A stretch of 64,000 nt of DNA from Eledone cirrhosa (lineage: Eukaryota): contig OZ024740.1 in the NCBI GenBank assembly GCA_964016885.1, positions 86,614,001 to 86,678,000 on the forward strand. The letters are read 5' to 3'. The notes below the pieces were generated by a model that was not told the DNA's origin, ran no database searches, and saw only the letters and a list, made by a program, of their open reading frames with translations. The position numbers and the translations under genes were made by a program. This document shows, one piece after another, positions 27,145 to 43,721 of this stretch (positions are counted from its first letter, which is position 1; every line of letters begins with the position of its first letter).

Positions 27145-27565
27145 AACTGGAACGAACAATGAACCAAAACCAAATTCCTATGTTCTCTAAAGAGTTACCT
27201 CCCTGACACCCTACCTAATCCTTTTTCTTATATAAATGAATTACTCCCTCTCATTTCTCTCTCTCCTACCTGACCACTCTGAATTACCTCTCCCTGCATA
27301 TTAACTCTCTAAAAAGGGAAATCATATCAAACCCCAGACTATCATTTGCCTCCATCATGGATCAACTAAGCACTCTTGCCATAATAACACATTTTGAACT
27401 GATTATCTTCAAGAACTATGCCTGTAAATAATATTATTTTTTCTTTCCCATTACCCTCTTTTTTTTCTTTTATCTTTTCACTTCAAAAACCTTGTTTGTA
27501 AATAACATTATTCTTTCTTCACCATTTCCTTAACATGTTCAACATCAACATTTTACACCAATACA

Positions 27566-27616
27566 AATTCCCCCCTTTGATAATGCATAAAATGCTGAAA
27601 CCGGTAATAGACAATT
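27566..27616 (+). ncRNA. Minimal HHR-like motif (U3-A8) in the pLTR of C; stem I weak. Minus copy at ~22431-22480
   Basis: TTGATAA-T-GCAT-AAA-ATGC-T-GAAACCGGTA^ATAGAC. Confidence 0.5.
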
Positions 27617-28018
27617 ATTAAATATATAAATAAATAAATAAATGCCATTGTTAACTAATAAATAAATTAACTAATACCTTAACACTTCACACGAAGTAAA
27701 ATATTTTGTTTTAAACATTTTCTAACCCAGAAAAAAGAGAAAAAAATAAAAGGGAAAAAAAAAGATTTTTCTTCCTAATAATCGTCTTTTTCTCCCTATT
27801 TTAATATATATTCCAACTCGTGTGCTCCTTCTCCACATTTGTCGCTTTTGCTTAGCCGCAGCCAAAGCTTCGATTTTACTAAGCTTCCACTTGTATTATT
27901 ATCTCCTAGACCTAATAATTAATTAATTCATTCAATTAGACATTTCTATTGATTGGTTAATTATTTATGTTTGTTTAATAACGTCTAGCCAAGAGCTTTT
28001 ATTCGGAATGTTGAGCGG

Positions 28019-28077
<59 letters not shown>

Positions 28078-28235
28078 TACATATATAATTAATATATATA
28101 AATAGTTTCCTCTACTCCTGATGAAGGACTAACGTTCGATACGTTTCTCTTTCAAACGTGAAACTAATACGACTATTGCTTTTTTGTATCTCTGTTTTTG
28201 TCCCTTTTTGTGTGTGTGTGTGGGGGGGGGGGGGT

Positions 28236-28291
<56 letters not shown>

Positions 28292-28388
28292 TTGTTGAAT
28301 AAAGATTACGCTGCTATAATTTCATCTTTCAGTTCTTCAGTATGCATTATATTTTTCAAAAAGATTGCAAATATATAAAATTAATTTA

Positions 28389-28950
28389 GGGTAGGAATGT
28401 GATTGGGAGTAAAGAAGTGAAAAGATGAGGAGGAGTTAAACGATGTGTAAGGGTAGGAATGTGATTGGGAGTAAAGAAGTGAAAAGATGAGGAGGAGTTA
28501 AACGATGTGTAAGGGTAGGAATGTGATTGGGAGTAAAGAAGTGAAAAGATGAGGAGGAGTTAAACGATGTGTAAGGGTAGGAATGTGATTGGGAGTAAAG
28601 AAGTGAAAAGATGAGGAGGAGTTAAACGATGTGTAAGGGTAGGAATGTGATTGGGAGTAAAGAAGTGAAAAGATGAGGAGGAGTTAAACGATGTGTAAGG
28701 GTAGGAATGTGATTGGGAGTAAAGAAGTGAAAAGATGAGGAGGAGTTAAACGATGTGTAAGGGTAGGAATGTGATTGGGAGTAAAGAAGTGAAAAGATGA
28801 GGAGGAGTTAAACGATGTGTAAGGGTAGGAATGTGATTGGGAGTAAAGAAGTGAAAAGATGAGGAGGAGTTAAACGATGTGTAAGGGTAGGAATGTGATT
28901 GGGAGTAAAGAAGTGAAAAGATGAGGAGGAGGAGTTAAAGGATGTGTAAG
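28389..28950. repeat. 62 bp tandem repeat, ~9 near-identical copies
   Basis: Unit GGGTAGGAATGTGATTGGGAGTAAAGAAGTGAAAAGATGAGGAGGAGTTAAACGATGTGTAA. Confidence 0.95.
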
Positions 28951-29204
28951 GAACTGAGATTGGCAATTGAAAAGGTGTATCCTTTGTGTGAAGGTTTTTA
29001 AATCTCTTTGGAGAAATCGATAAAAACATCAGGAAAACATACATATATGTTTCCAAATTGAAAATGGATCGTATTTTTGTAGTTAAGCACTGCTAACCTA
29101 GTCTACAATCAATGGGAATTATTTAATTCAGACTAATAATTTACCGGTTGTGACATATATTTTAATTTAATGTATTTTCTGCAATGTTCATATAAAACAG
29201 CCAA

Positions 29205-29638
29205 GCTGTTTATAGTAAGAGATGCTGAAAATGTTCTTCGTAATTTGAATTCCTGATTCTGAATATGATGTAACCTTTTTACCACTCATTGATAAAGTAT
29301 TTTCTATATCAATCACAAGAAATGTCATTTACCATCTCCTACCCTTTTTCAATCCAGTAGAATAATTTACTTTTGTATTCTGTTCGGTCAAAAGTAATTA
29401 TTTAATGTTCAATATAAAGCAATGCATTTTTACACTGAACAATGTAAAATTATTTCTTCTCGAAAGGAAAGAAAAAAATGATTCTACTGGATGAGAAGCA
29501 GTAGGTGAAGGAAATGACATTTTCTGTGAATGATATAAAAAAATGCTTTATTAAATGATTGGTGAAAGGTTAGTTCTTATTCTGAATCACGAATTAGAAA
29601 TACGAAGCCATTCGTCAGCATTTCACTGTATAAACAGC
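29205..29638. mobile_element. Old palindromic MITE-like element
   Basis: Nested inverted matches GCTGTTTATA/TATAAACAGC, ATGCTGA/TCAGCAT, AAATGTCATTT/AAATGACATTT, CCAGTAGAAT/ATTCTACTGG. Confidence 0.65.
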
Positions 29639-31139
29639 CTCTCACTGTTAGTCGGATGTGGGACCTGGCTATATAGCAGAATATTTTTATGTAACAGACA
29701 TTAATTTCATTTTTACCAAGCAAAATCACACCATTTTGATTGAATTTCCCGGCGAAAAACGTTTATTTTTAAGGTGTTTGAGAAAAAGAAAATCGTTTAC
29801 ATTATAATATTTAAAACTTGTTTTTGTTTTCTCCTAAACGCTTTAAAAATAATGTATGGTTTAAATTGTTAAAATCAAATAAACGCAGTGAATTGGTAAT
29901 AATAACAGCAAACATTAGCTATCGTGCGGTTTCCTTTTAATAATATTACGGTGACACAGTGACAGCAAGACTAAGAGACTGAAATAACCATATCCCCTCG
30001 AGTTCATCAACTGGTACGTTACTAAGGTTAGCCACCAACAATGACAAAAATATCGTTGTCCGCGGCACAGTACCCTCAAACAACTTGAAAGACACAGGCT
30101 AAACAAAATACTTTGCCGATATTTCCTGTTATTTTACAATGTTATACCTATCAGCTACGGATGCGATAATTTTCACCTTCACTTCAGCATCTAGGATGTG
30201 GGAAGGAGTAATTATTAGAGCACATGATTTTTTTTACTCTGACTGTCTTCCCTTTATACGCTGTTTAAATAGATATGACCTATTTTCATTTTTAACCCCG
30301 TTTATATGAAATTGAGGTGTTTAAAACTATTAAATCTCCTCGAAACATCTTAAAAAGAGTTCGTTTTTATAGCCCCAGTAATTCATTTTAATTTCTACTT
30401 TCTTCTATTATAATCGTTTCCTTCTATCCAGACATTTCATTTTCATCCCCACTCCCTTAACCTCTTTATACCAATTGTTTTCAAAGCACCAATATAACTA
30501 TTTATTAAAGTTTTCCATAGTTAGATAGCTTTCCAAATGTTTATTCATAAACATATCGCATATCATTAGATATACGAAATTCACATACTTATATGTATAC
30601 AGCTATGTCGGAGCAAAACGTTAATTCTACTTTCCAGCTAAGCCGGCTTGTACGGTTCCATATGCAAATGAAGCTAATCAGCCCATTTACATTGGCGAAA
30701 AATCTATACATTTTTGCCTGTTTCAAATTCCAGCAGAGAGCGGGAGAAGCACTGTCCTAATGACAGCCATAGCCAGAAATGTATTGGCAGTTTTTCCCCA
30801 CTAATTCTACTGGAAATCGCTAGACGGCGCCAGCTGTCAGCTTTTCAATATTCATAGTTAGAAGGCTTTATAAAAGTGTATTCGTTAATATACCGTATAT
30901 CATTAGATATACGATATTCACATAACTATTAATATTTCCAACAGCTTTTAACGATATAATAAAGACTGACCCATTGAGATGAAACTCATCTTAATCCCTA
31001 AGACGAAACAAGCGTTCTTACCATCGAAATCTTTTTAACAACAATGATGTTGCATAGAATAAATATCTGAAAGAAAACTTGTTTTCAGAAGCGCAGAATG
31101 GATTCTGCACAAACACATTTAACTATAAAGGTTACTTAT

Positions 31140-31530
31140 TGATCAACAGAGCTATAATCAAATACTGTAGAAGGAGAATAAATTGTCTACGCAAAACTTG
31201 GATTGACTACCAGAAGGCTTTTGACACCATATAGGAATCCTAAACACATCAGCCACCAGTAATATGAAAATAAATAAAATATCGTAATTGGTAAATAATT
31301 TGGCAGGTACAAAGAAAAGGAGGGATTACAGAAACAAAACATTTCCATTAGAAGAGGGTTATTTTCTAGTACTATTCTGTCTAGCGCGAACACCGTTCAC
31401 AAACATGTTAAGCAGAACTGGACTTGGATAAATAGCTATGGAAGAGCAATCAATCATATTTTGTATATGAAAGTCTTCAAGAGCCACGATGCAGATAATA
31501 GACAACCAGAAACATTACAGAAGCAAATAA
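31140..31530 (+). mobile_element. Degraded R4/Dong-like RT fragment
   Basis: WIDYQKAFDT, ISIRRGLF, AINHILYM in shifting frames. Confidence 0.5.
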
Positions 31531-31904
31531 AAATAAAATGTAGCTCTGCTTAGCATAGTCCGCATCCTACGCTAGATACTTTCTATTCAATAGTACAATT
31601 TAAACAGTGGACTCTCTCTACACACAACAAATACCCTATAACCGCACAATAAAAGAACTCATACAACACACAGTCGACTAAATCATCATAAAAAATTTAA
31701 CACACCTATTTTATATAATCATCACCAAATAAAATAATACAACACATACTGTTATATAATCGATTCACGACACTAGGGCATATAGAACCAATTACACAAC
31801 ACATGCATGAACAGCTCTCCAGGTCTGAAACAACAGGTTTCTTCCAGAGAAGGATAGAGAGCGAGAGAATGGAGGTGAGAAAGAGATACATAGGAATAAT
31901 CGAG

Positions 31905-32050
31905 CCAGTACTGGACTGGCACTTTTTATTGACCACGAATGTATGAAAGTCAAAGTTGACCTCGTTGGGATTTGAACTCAGAGAGCAGAGAGCTAAATCG
32001 AATAACGCAAATCATTCTATCCGACATTCTAACGCTTCTGCCAATTCGCT
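31905..32050 (-). mobile_element. tRNA-derived SINE
   Basis: Same family motifs as the other SINE copies. Confidence 0.7.
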
Positions 32051-32923
32051 GCTAGTACACAACACATACAAAACACCAGATACCAGCCAATAACTCACAT
32101 TGCATATACTCAACGCGCTAGACCAAATACTAAAATAACATTAGAAACAATTAAAATATATTTCACAACAATGCAATGTTGATGTAGTATACAAACACAA
32201 ATAATCTTACACACCCGACTACGACAAAAAAAAAATTAACAATGCTGCACACACTTCAGGAACATGAAGATGCACCTGGTGATGCTGTACAAACTCACAT
32301 AAAACTATGTTAAAAATATGAGAATAATAGTCAAACTTCGACTGAAGTAGATAGAAACAGTGAAAAGACCATTTTACATTTACCGGATGTTTGATGCCTG
32401 CTGTGTCTGATATATGTCTGGATGGGAAAGAGTGAAAGTAACTGCCTCTAATTTATTTAATACCTATTCTTTGTGTTGAGGGTGATTATAAATAACACAT
32501 AAGTTGTGTTAAGTGAATCGATTACTTTACAAGCGAAATAATTATAAAAGTAATCTGACATCTCTGGGTTACTCTCCAAACAATTCTATTTTTCGACAAC
32601 CAATGTACAATCGTGTACATTCACTAAGTTATTCCTCCATCACTATTTCAATAAATCCGGTAAAGTCTATGGTTTTCTGAAGAGGTCATGATGAGAGCGA
32701 AACATGTGCAAAGTTCCCGTACTTATCTTTCAAAATAAAATAATGACAAATGACAAATGTTGTTTTGTCATACATTATTTCTTGTTAGATTTTTATTGTA
32801 TTTATTGTATTTAATTTTTTAACAGTAACGTATTTGTCGTTGTTCGTGAAGATGACGTCTCTGAGTTGTTTATTCTTTAAACAATTATATATATATATAT
32901 ATGTACCACCAGTTGTAGAATAT

Positions 32924-33330
32924 TATACTGGGGACGGTCCGGCCGCTTCCTCTTCACATCAGTCGCCGTCGAGACCTCTGGCGTACTTGGACTCCGTAGA
33001 GTCGAGCTCCTCCGCAAGATCGGACCATCGGCGGCCTGTCTGAGGAAGAAGTCCCGTGAGGTGGGATGGCTGTTGCAGCGGGTGTCGCTGGCCATTGTCC
33101 GCGGGAATGTTTTTGAGGTCTTGTCCGCGGGGCGCTCCTTTACCGCCGCACCCTAGGCCTGGAGCCCAATCATCCTCCCCTTCCTCATTTTTCTGTTACA
33201 TTAGAGTCCTTGCCATTCCCTCCACTTTCCGTTTTTTTTTTTCATTTTTTCTCTTTTTTCTTTATATTTTCCTATTTTACATTCAATTCTTCTCAATCTA
33301 AATTTTTTTTTTTCTATTTCTATTAAAGTG
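32924..33330 (+). mobile_element. 3' fragment of CRE-like RLE non-LTR retrotransposon
   Basis: GC-rich island translating FLFTSVAVETSGVLG..EVGWLLQRVSLAIVRGNVF, then T-rich 3' UTR. Confidence 0.65.
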
Positions 33331-33427
33331 TATTTACATGATATATTCCATGATTAAAAAAATTTCAGAATTATACTTAGAAATATTCTCATCACTACTT
33401 CGTCAAGTACTTTGCTGATAAGGCTAT

Positions 33428-33618
33428 AATTGTTTCTACCTTTGGCACAAGGCCAGCAATTATATCAGTGTATTACTGGTACTTTATTTTATCGACCCCG
33501 TGAGGATGAAAGGGAAAGTTAACCTCGGCGGGATTTGAACTCAGACCATAAAGGGCCGTAACTCTTTGCTGCAAAGCATGGCGTCCGACCCTCTACCGAT
33601 ACTGCCAATCCACCGCCC
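33428..33618 (-). mobile_element. Well-preserved tRNA-derived SINE
   Basis: A box TGGCAGTATCGG and B box GTTCAAATCC on minus. Confidence 0.85.
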
Positions 33619-33954
33619 TATAATAACATCGAAACATGCCTGATTGTGACGTAAGAATTAATGGAATTATGTTAGTGACCAGAATGCAGAAGTACGGTAA
33701 AACATTTTGACACTTCCTAAAAGATTGTATCTCCAAAATGTAAACTAAGAGTAAAATATAACAGTTGTGTGTTGTAAATAACAAAAATGACTATGTCAAA
33801 CCATGGCCTTAGCAAATACGCTACCATCAGTAGTAGTAGTAGTAGTAGTAGTAGCAGTAGTAGTAGTAGTAGTTTTGGTGCTGATAGTAGTAGTAGCAAC
33901 AGCAACAGCAGCAGCAGCAACGACAGCAGCAACACATCAGCAACAGCAGCAGTT

Positions 33955-33999
<45 letters not shown>

Positions 34000-34020
34000 A
34001 GAACACTAATTCTTATTATT

Positions 34021-34345
34021 AATCCACCGCCCTCTGTCTATCCTAATAATTGTTTCTACGTTTGGCACAAGGCCAGTAATTACCCAGTGTATAAAGTACT
34101 AGTAATACACTGGGTAATTTATGGCCTTGTGCCAAAAGTAGAAACAATTATTAGGATAGACAGAGGGCGGTGGATTGGCAGTATCGGTAGAGGGTCGGAC
34201 GCCATGCTTTGCACCAAAGAGTTACGGCCGTTTATGGTCTGAACTTAAATCCCGCCGAGGTTAACCTTGCCTTTCATCCTTACGGGGTAATACACTGGAA
34301 TAGTTGCTGGCCTTGTGCCAAAAGTAGAAACAATTTTTAGGATAG
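34021..34345 (+). mobile_element. SINE partial tandem preceded by fold-back (palindrome 34021-34176)
   Basis: Full SINE ~34165-34340; ~72 bp inverted arms around a 12 nt spacer. Confidence 0.8.
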
Positions 34346-34934
34346 ACATAGGATATAGAAGAACTGTATTGTAGTCAAGCTCCAACAATGCTGTGACCTT
34401 TAAATGGAAGTTGACACAGAAATACCAAATGTATTATTATGTTATTAAATTATGAGATTGAAATAATAACAACATGATAGTGTGGACTTCCGGGAACATT
34501 AAGATGTTCAAGACAGAAGAAGCAAATTGGCAAAGTCATATATCTATTATATAAATGTGAAATGGGCGAAAATTGTCTGAGTCGTGTCTGGATACAGGCA
34601 AAAGGGTAGTACCAGTGCTCTGATTGTCATGAAAATTTACACATTAATGTAAAAGGTGCCGAGGAAGCGACAAATCTACTTGGGGTTCTCTAAATTGAAA
34701 AAGATGTGGACTCTAGGGCCAAAAAACGGTCTTTTTCTATCGATTATACCTCCCTATAGTTTCTTAGATTTACTCTCTCCGTCGCTCTTCCCTCTCTCTA
34801 TAATAAATCATTTCCCCCTCTCTATAATTTAACTGCTTTACTCTCTCTGTCGCTCTTCACTCCCTATATGACAACACTGCAGAGAGAGATAGGCCGTTAG
34901 ACAGAGAGAGATACAATTAAAGTGTTAGATATTC

Positions 34935-34966
<32 letters not shown>

Positions 34967-35028
34967 GGACCAGCAAACTTTAGTTAACGTTCAGTCACGT
35001 GTTATCTTTGATCTGTCGTCGCTCGCAT

Positions 35029-35071
<43 letters not shown>

Positions 35072-35403
35072 TACTTATATAAAGCTGAGCGTCGTGTGTA
35101 TGTATGTATGTATGTATGTATGTATGAATGTATGTATGTATGTATGAATGTATGTATGTATGTATCCTACACACCTCCCTATACTATTTAACCTAAAATA
35201 CTTTTATATCCATCTCTTAGTGAAGCATTTCCAATTCATTATACGTAAACAATGACATTAATGTTTCGCTTTTAGCTTAGCATTTTACATTCAATGCCTC
35301 CCTTTTTTAATGCAACTTTTTATTGAAACGACTATGTGCTCTCAGTGGTTCAGTAGTTAACCTAAAGTACTTTTACACTGCTTCTATAGTATCGTCATAC
35401 GAT

Positions 35404-36030
35404 ATGCCTAACCAAAAACGACCAGTATTTTCTTCTAAACGAAATAAAGCCCTTAAATTGCGAAGAATGAAGGCGCGTGCGCAGGTACGTTTTTTATCGA
35501 TATCCTTTGTTATTTTGCTTCTTTTATCTCCTTAAAAATATTATTTCTGTTGTGAGAAGTTGTAAAACAGTAGTGGCCGAGGTAAAGCATTCAGTTTTTT
35601 TTAACTCCAGGAGACATCAGATGCAAGGGAGGCCCGTCTTACTGTCCAGCACATTCAGCGCCAACTCTCACGTCTCGAGGAGACTCCGGAGGCAAGGGAG
35701 GCCTGTCTTGCTGCCGACCGCAATCAGCGCCAACTCTCACTCCTCGAGGAAACTCCGGAGGCAAGAGAGGCCTTTCTTTCTGCCCAGCGTGATCAGCGCC
35801 AACGCTCACGTATCGACGAGTCTCTGGAGGCAAAGGAGGGCCGCCTTTCTGATCAGCGCACTCGAAACCAACTCTCACTTCTCGACGAGACTCCGGAGGC
35901 AATGATACATGGACCCTGTGGTGCCCTTAACAGCCAAAATTCATGCATGGAGGGGAACAAGTGCACCAAACACTACCCCAGAGCCTTCACCAGGGAAACT
36001 TGCACTGGGGTTGACGGCTACCCCATCTAA
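35404..36030 (+). CDS. Predicted spliced Helitron N-terminus: exon 35404-35484, intron 35485-35610, exon 35611-36030; 166 aa with four 23-aa STPR-like repeats
   Basis: CAG|GTACGT donor, T-tract..CAG|G acceptor, phase 0; 69 bp repeats encode ETPEARE...; continues in frame into MIHGPCG and stops at TAA 36028. Confidence 0.6.
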
Positions 36031-36116
36031 CGGCGGCGTGCTCCCGATTTTCGCGGCCTTTCGGCTAGGATTAAGAAGAAAGGGAAAGAATACGACATTG
36101 CATTGACAACAGCTCT

Positions 36117-38348
36117 TTGCTTGCTAAAATATTTAATGCTCACATCAATGTGGAGTCCTGCACATCTGTTAAAAGTATTAAATACATCTGCAAATATATC
36201 AACAAAGGCGGCGACATGGCGGTGGTTGGCCTCAGTGATGGTGTAGAATCAAAAGACGAAGTTACTCAGTTCATGATGGGAAGATACATTTCGTCCAATA
36301 TGGCGGCTTGGCGCATTTTGGAGCTTGAAATTCACCGGTGCTCTCCAGCAGTTGTTAACTTGGATGTTCACTTAGAGAATGGTCAACGCGTTTATTTCAC
36401 TGAGGAAACCGCATCGGCTGCTGCCGAAAAGCCACCTGAGACGACGCTTACAGCATTTTTTAAGCTATGTTCTGTCGATACGTTTGCAGTTACCCTTTTT
36501 TACGTCGATGCACCTACCTACTTCACTTGGTCGAACAAAAAATGGCATCGGCGGTGACAAGGGGAAACAGTTGAGGATTGGGTAGGGTCTTCAGAAGTAA
36601 TGCCATCGGACGCGCGTACAATGTTCATTCGAAGCAACAAGAATGCTTTTTCCTGCGAATGTTGCTGCATCAAATCAAAGAGCCCAAGTCATTCGCCGAC
36701 TTAAGACTTTTCGATGGTCACATTTGTTCCAGTTACAGGGACGCGTGCGTGAAGCGCGGGCTACTCGAAGATGATGCCCACCTGAACGTGGCGTTGACAG
36801 AGGCTGCTGAATGTAAGATGCCTCGAGAAATGAGACGTCTGTTTTGCATAATGCTATTGTTCTGCGGCATAGGTGAGCCCCTTAAGCTTTGGGAAACGCA
36901 TAAGGACAACATGTCAGAGGACATCCTCCGTAGACTACGAGCAGAAGATCCAGCAGCTGGCTTTGCTTTCGACGACGCGGTGTACAATGAGACCCTCATC
37001 GACATGGACAACCATCTGAAAGCTCTTGGAGTTGGCGGTGTATCTGATTTCGGTTTGCCACAACCTGGAAACACTCACAGTGCTTTAGATGGGGAGTTCA
37101 TGCATGAGTTAAATTACAACATTGACGATATGACACATCAGGTAGCTCAGGACGAACCCAGACTTTTGCATCACCAGAGACGAGCATATGACAGAATTCT
37201 CTCCAGTGTCAATTCAAATGAGGGACGGCTATTTTTCCCTTATGCTTCTGGTGGAACAGGAAAAACTTTTCTCATCAACCTTTTGCTTGCGAAGCTACGA
37301 AAAGACGAGCGGATTGCTTTAGCGGTCGCCTCCAGTGGTATTGCGGCGCAATCTTCTTTCCTGATCATATGGGACGAGGCTACCATGAGTCACAAGGCGG
37401 CCTTTGAGGCTCTGGATCGAACTCTCAAGGACTTGCGTCGGAACTCACGCGTCATAAAGTGAGCGACAGTACTGCTGGCTGGCGATTTCCGACAGACTCT
37501 TCCTGTTATCACTAGAGCTGACGAAGTGAACGCATGCATCAAGTCGTCCTACGTATGGCAGTATGTCCGCAAACTACATCTGACTACCAATATGAGAGTG
37601 CATGTTCATGGTGACGCAGACTCCATCGATTTCTCAAAACATCTACTGGAAGTTGGTAATGGAACTACACCTGGAGTGGATGAAGAGCATATCCGTTTGC
37701 GTTTTGGGAACTTTGTGTCAAACATTGACGAATTAATATCATCTGTATTTCCAGACCTTGAATCACGATTCCATGATCACACCTGGCTGAAAGGGACAGC
37801 TATTTTGGCACCACACAATGCCACTGTTGACGTGATGACCCCAAAACTACTTGATCAGATTCCCGGAAATGAAGTCTCCTTCAAGTCGATTGACACCAAA
37901 GTCAACTACCTCCAGGACTTCCTCCTCATGATCTGAAACTGAAGGTTGGTGTGCCAGTTATGCTGCTGAGAAATCTGGATGCACCAGAACTATGCAACGG
38001 AACGCGTTTAATCATAAGAAAAATATGGATCCAAATTCTGGAGACAACAATTTTGAGCAGACCCGCTGCTGGCGTGACCAGGTTAATTACCCCATGACCA
38101 TTAGTCCCTCTGACGTCCCCTATGATTTTACGCGACGGCAGTTTCCCATAAAACTCTGCTTCGCAATGAGCATTAACAAAGCACAAGGACAATCACTGCA
38201 AGTGGTTGGCCTAAATCTAACACAGCAGGTATTTGCCAATGGTCAACTATACGTCGGATGTTCGCGCGTCGGCAGTCCACACAATCTCTTCATTTGTGGT
38301 AATCCGGGCAACACCGGGCACGTTGTCTACAAAGTAGTCCTGCAATAA
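36117..38348 (+). pseudogene. Helitron Rep C-half and helicase, disrupted
   Basis: ORF fragments with ordered motifs, stops and deletions. Confidence 0.88.
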
Positions 38349-38469
38349 CATCTTTGCACCCAACGTCCACCCAACGTCTCTCTGTCAAACCACTCTCTTC
38401 ACGTCTCCCCTCAACTTATTAACTTAATAAAAAGTGGCCCCGAATGCAACCGGGTTCAGCTGCTAGTAT

Positions 38470-38552
<83 letters not shown>

Positions 38553-38611
38553 GAAGGAGTGTGGTAAGGAGCCAGGTGGACCATAACGCACCAGAGTACA
38601 CAGACACACAC

Positions 38612-38649
<38 letters not shown>

Positions 38650-38653
<4 letters not shown>

Positions 38654-38878
38654 AGATTTGAATGGATACAGTTTAGTTGAAAGGAATTTATTGACACGTG
38701 TTTCTATAACAGTTACATAACCTAAAACAGCTATCTACAAACTTTTAGTTATGCAGACATTCAATATTTCAATGTTATTATTTGCTGTCATTTCATCAGA
38801 ATAATATTACTGAGGACCTATTTAGTTTTTATAGAGAATATTAGGAGGGAGGGGTGAAGTTGTTAGAAGAATAGTTGT
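38650..38878 (-). mobile_element. Solo pLTR fragment of family A with HHR (38688-38804)
   Basis: Reverse complement of ~232-463; TA-flanked. Confidence 0.85.
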
Positions 38879-38923
38879 ATATATATAAATTAAAAAAATG
38901 AAACGAAATTTCATTTCTCATCT

Positions 38924-39588
<665 letters not shown>

Positions 39589-39687
39589 TTAATAATAATA
39601 AATTTCAAGACTAAAATCCAAAGAGGGCTCATATATATATATAGTTTTGCGAGGTTTTTGATATGCATTCGTGTGTCGAAACAAATA

Positions 39688-42947
<3,260 letters not shown>

Positions 42948-43057
42948 TATATATATATATATATAATGTAGGAGGTGAGTTTTATTGTAGTACAATAAAG
43001 CAATGCAGATATCGGATAAGAAGCACTCTACAGTTTGTAGGACTGGAGTATACATAA

Positions 43058-43352
43058 TATATAAGATCAAAAGATGGTTAAATGAGTTCCATGTATTTTA
43101 TTATGCGCATTTCAAAAACAAATATCATCATGCAATAACATTTGTGTTTTCATCAGATAAAATAGGAGGACATGATATGAAGGTTAAAAAACATTTGTGG
43201 ATAGTGCAGTTTTAAAACCACAAGTGATTTTTAACCTTCATATCATGTCCTCCTATTTTATCTAATGAAAACACAAATGTTATTGCATGATGATATTTGT
43301 TTTTGAAATGCGCATAATAAAATACATGGAACTCATTTAACCATCTTTTGTT

Positions 43353-43360
<8 letters not shown>
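43058..43360. repeat. Fold-back palindrome, ~140 bp arms, ~17 nt loop, HHR in each arm
   Basis: Arms differ by about 4 substitutions; the left arm extends ~90 nt further to (TA)n. Confidence 0.92.
43094..43164 (-). ncRNA. Type I HHR with canonical core
   Basis: TATTTTAT-CTGATGA-36 nt hairpin-GAAATGCGCATA^ATAAAATA; plus copy 43254-43324 has CTAATGA. Confidence 0.85.
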
Positions 43361-43393
<33 letters not shown>

Positions 43394-43680
43394 GTGAGGT
43401 TTTTTTTCTTTATAAAATGAAAAATAACCGAGGTGTCCTACACCAGTGAAAGTATAAAGAAAAAAAGATGAAATCGAAAATGCAACTGATATATATATAA
43501 ATGGAAAAGAATGAAACGAAATTTCATTTCTCACTCTTAGTACGGCTGATACTTAAATGCATATTAACGGTACGCCCGGCCAACTAACTCACACGATATG
43601 CAAATTAGGCTGCTCAGCCGTTAATATGCATAAGGAAAGTATATACTTTCAAACGTTCAATCATCTGACAGGAAGGTATA

Positions 43681-43721
43681 CGATGCTGACGATAGCTAAT
43701 AAGCTTGAAACTAGTACATCG
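43681..43721 (+). ncRNA. Minimal HHR in retrozyme-like copy 2 (~43500-43810)
   Basis: CGATG-CTGACGA..GAAACTAGTA^CATCG with perfect stem I. Confidence 0.85.

Larger units (their letters stand above)
22303..27840 (+). mobile_element. Penelope-like element C (Neptune-like): inverted upstream pLTR (22303-22955) plus full-length degraded body
   Basis: KIVNLT..GLKFTPTP, DKGSAV, LFYGIPKTHK, LVTFDVINLYSNIP, GTAMGTKVAP, WKRYLGDC, LPFLDI, CGRPNCGIC, NLIYVLTC..YIGQT. 22303-22955 is the reverse complement of ~27085-27745. Confidence 0.92.
34543..38466 (+). mobile_element. Helitron, internally deleted, both termini intact
   Basis: 5' A|TCTATTATATAAA; 3' hairpin CCCG..CGGG then CTAG|T; Rep motif HINVE..SIKYICKYINKG; Pif1-type helicase motifs GGTGKT, IIWDEATM, LAGDFRQ, FAMSINKAQGQS. 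Confidence 0.93.

Noticed and set aside
28112-28150. HHR remnant CTGATGAAGGAC..GTTCGATACGTT
   Set aside because: GAAA changed to GATA and no stem I; relic at best.
28389-28950. CRISPR-like array
   Set aside because: No unique spacers; eukaryotic context.
30490-30925. Diverged ~340 bp-spaced direct repeat with octamer and CTCF-like words between
   Set aside because: Short motifs expected by chance; no element structure established.
32671-32715. HHR-like CTGAAGA..GAAACATGT
   Set aside because: Stem II mismatch, no valid NUH triplet, no stem I.
33428-33618. tRNA gene
   Set aside because: A/B boxes belong to a multi-copy SINE head; no cloverleaf.
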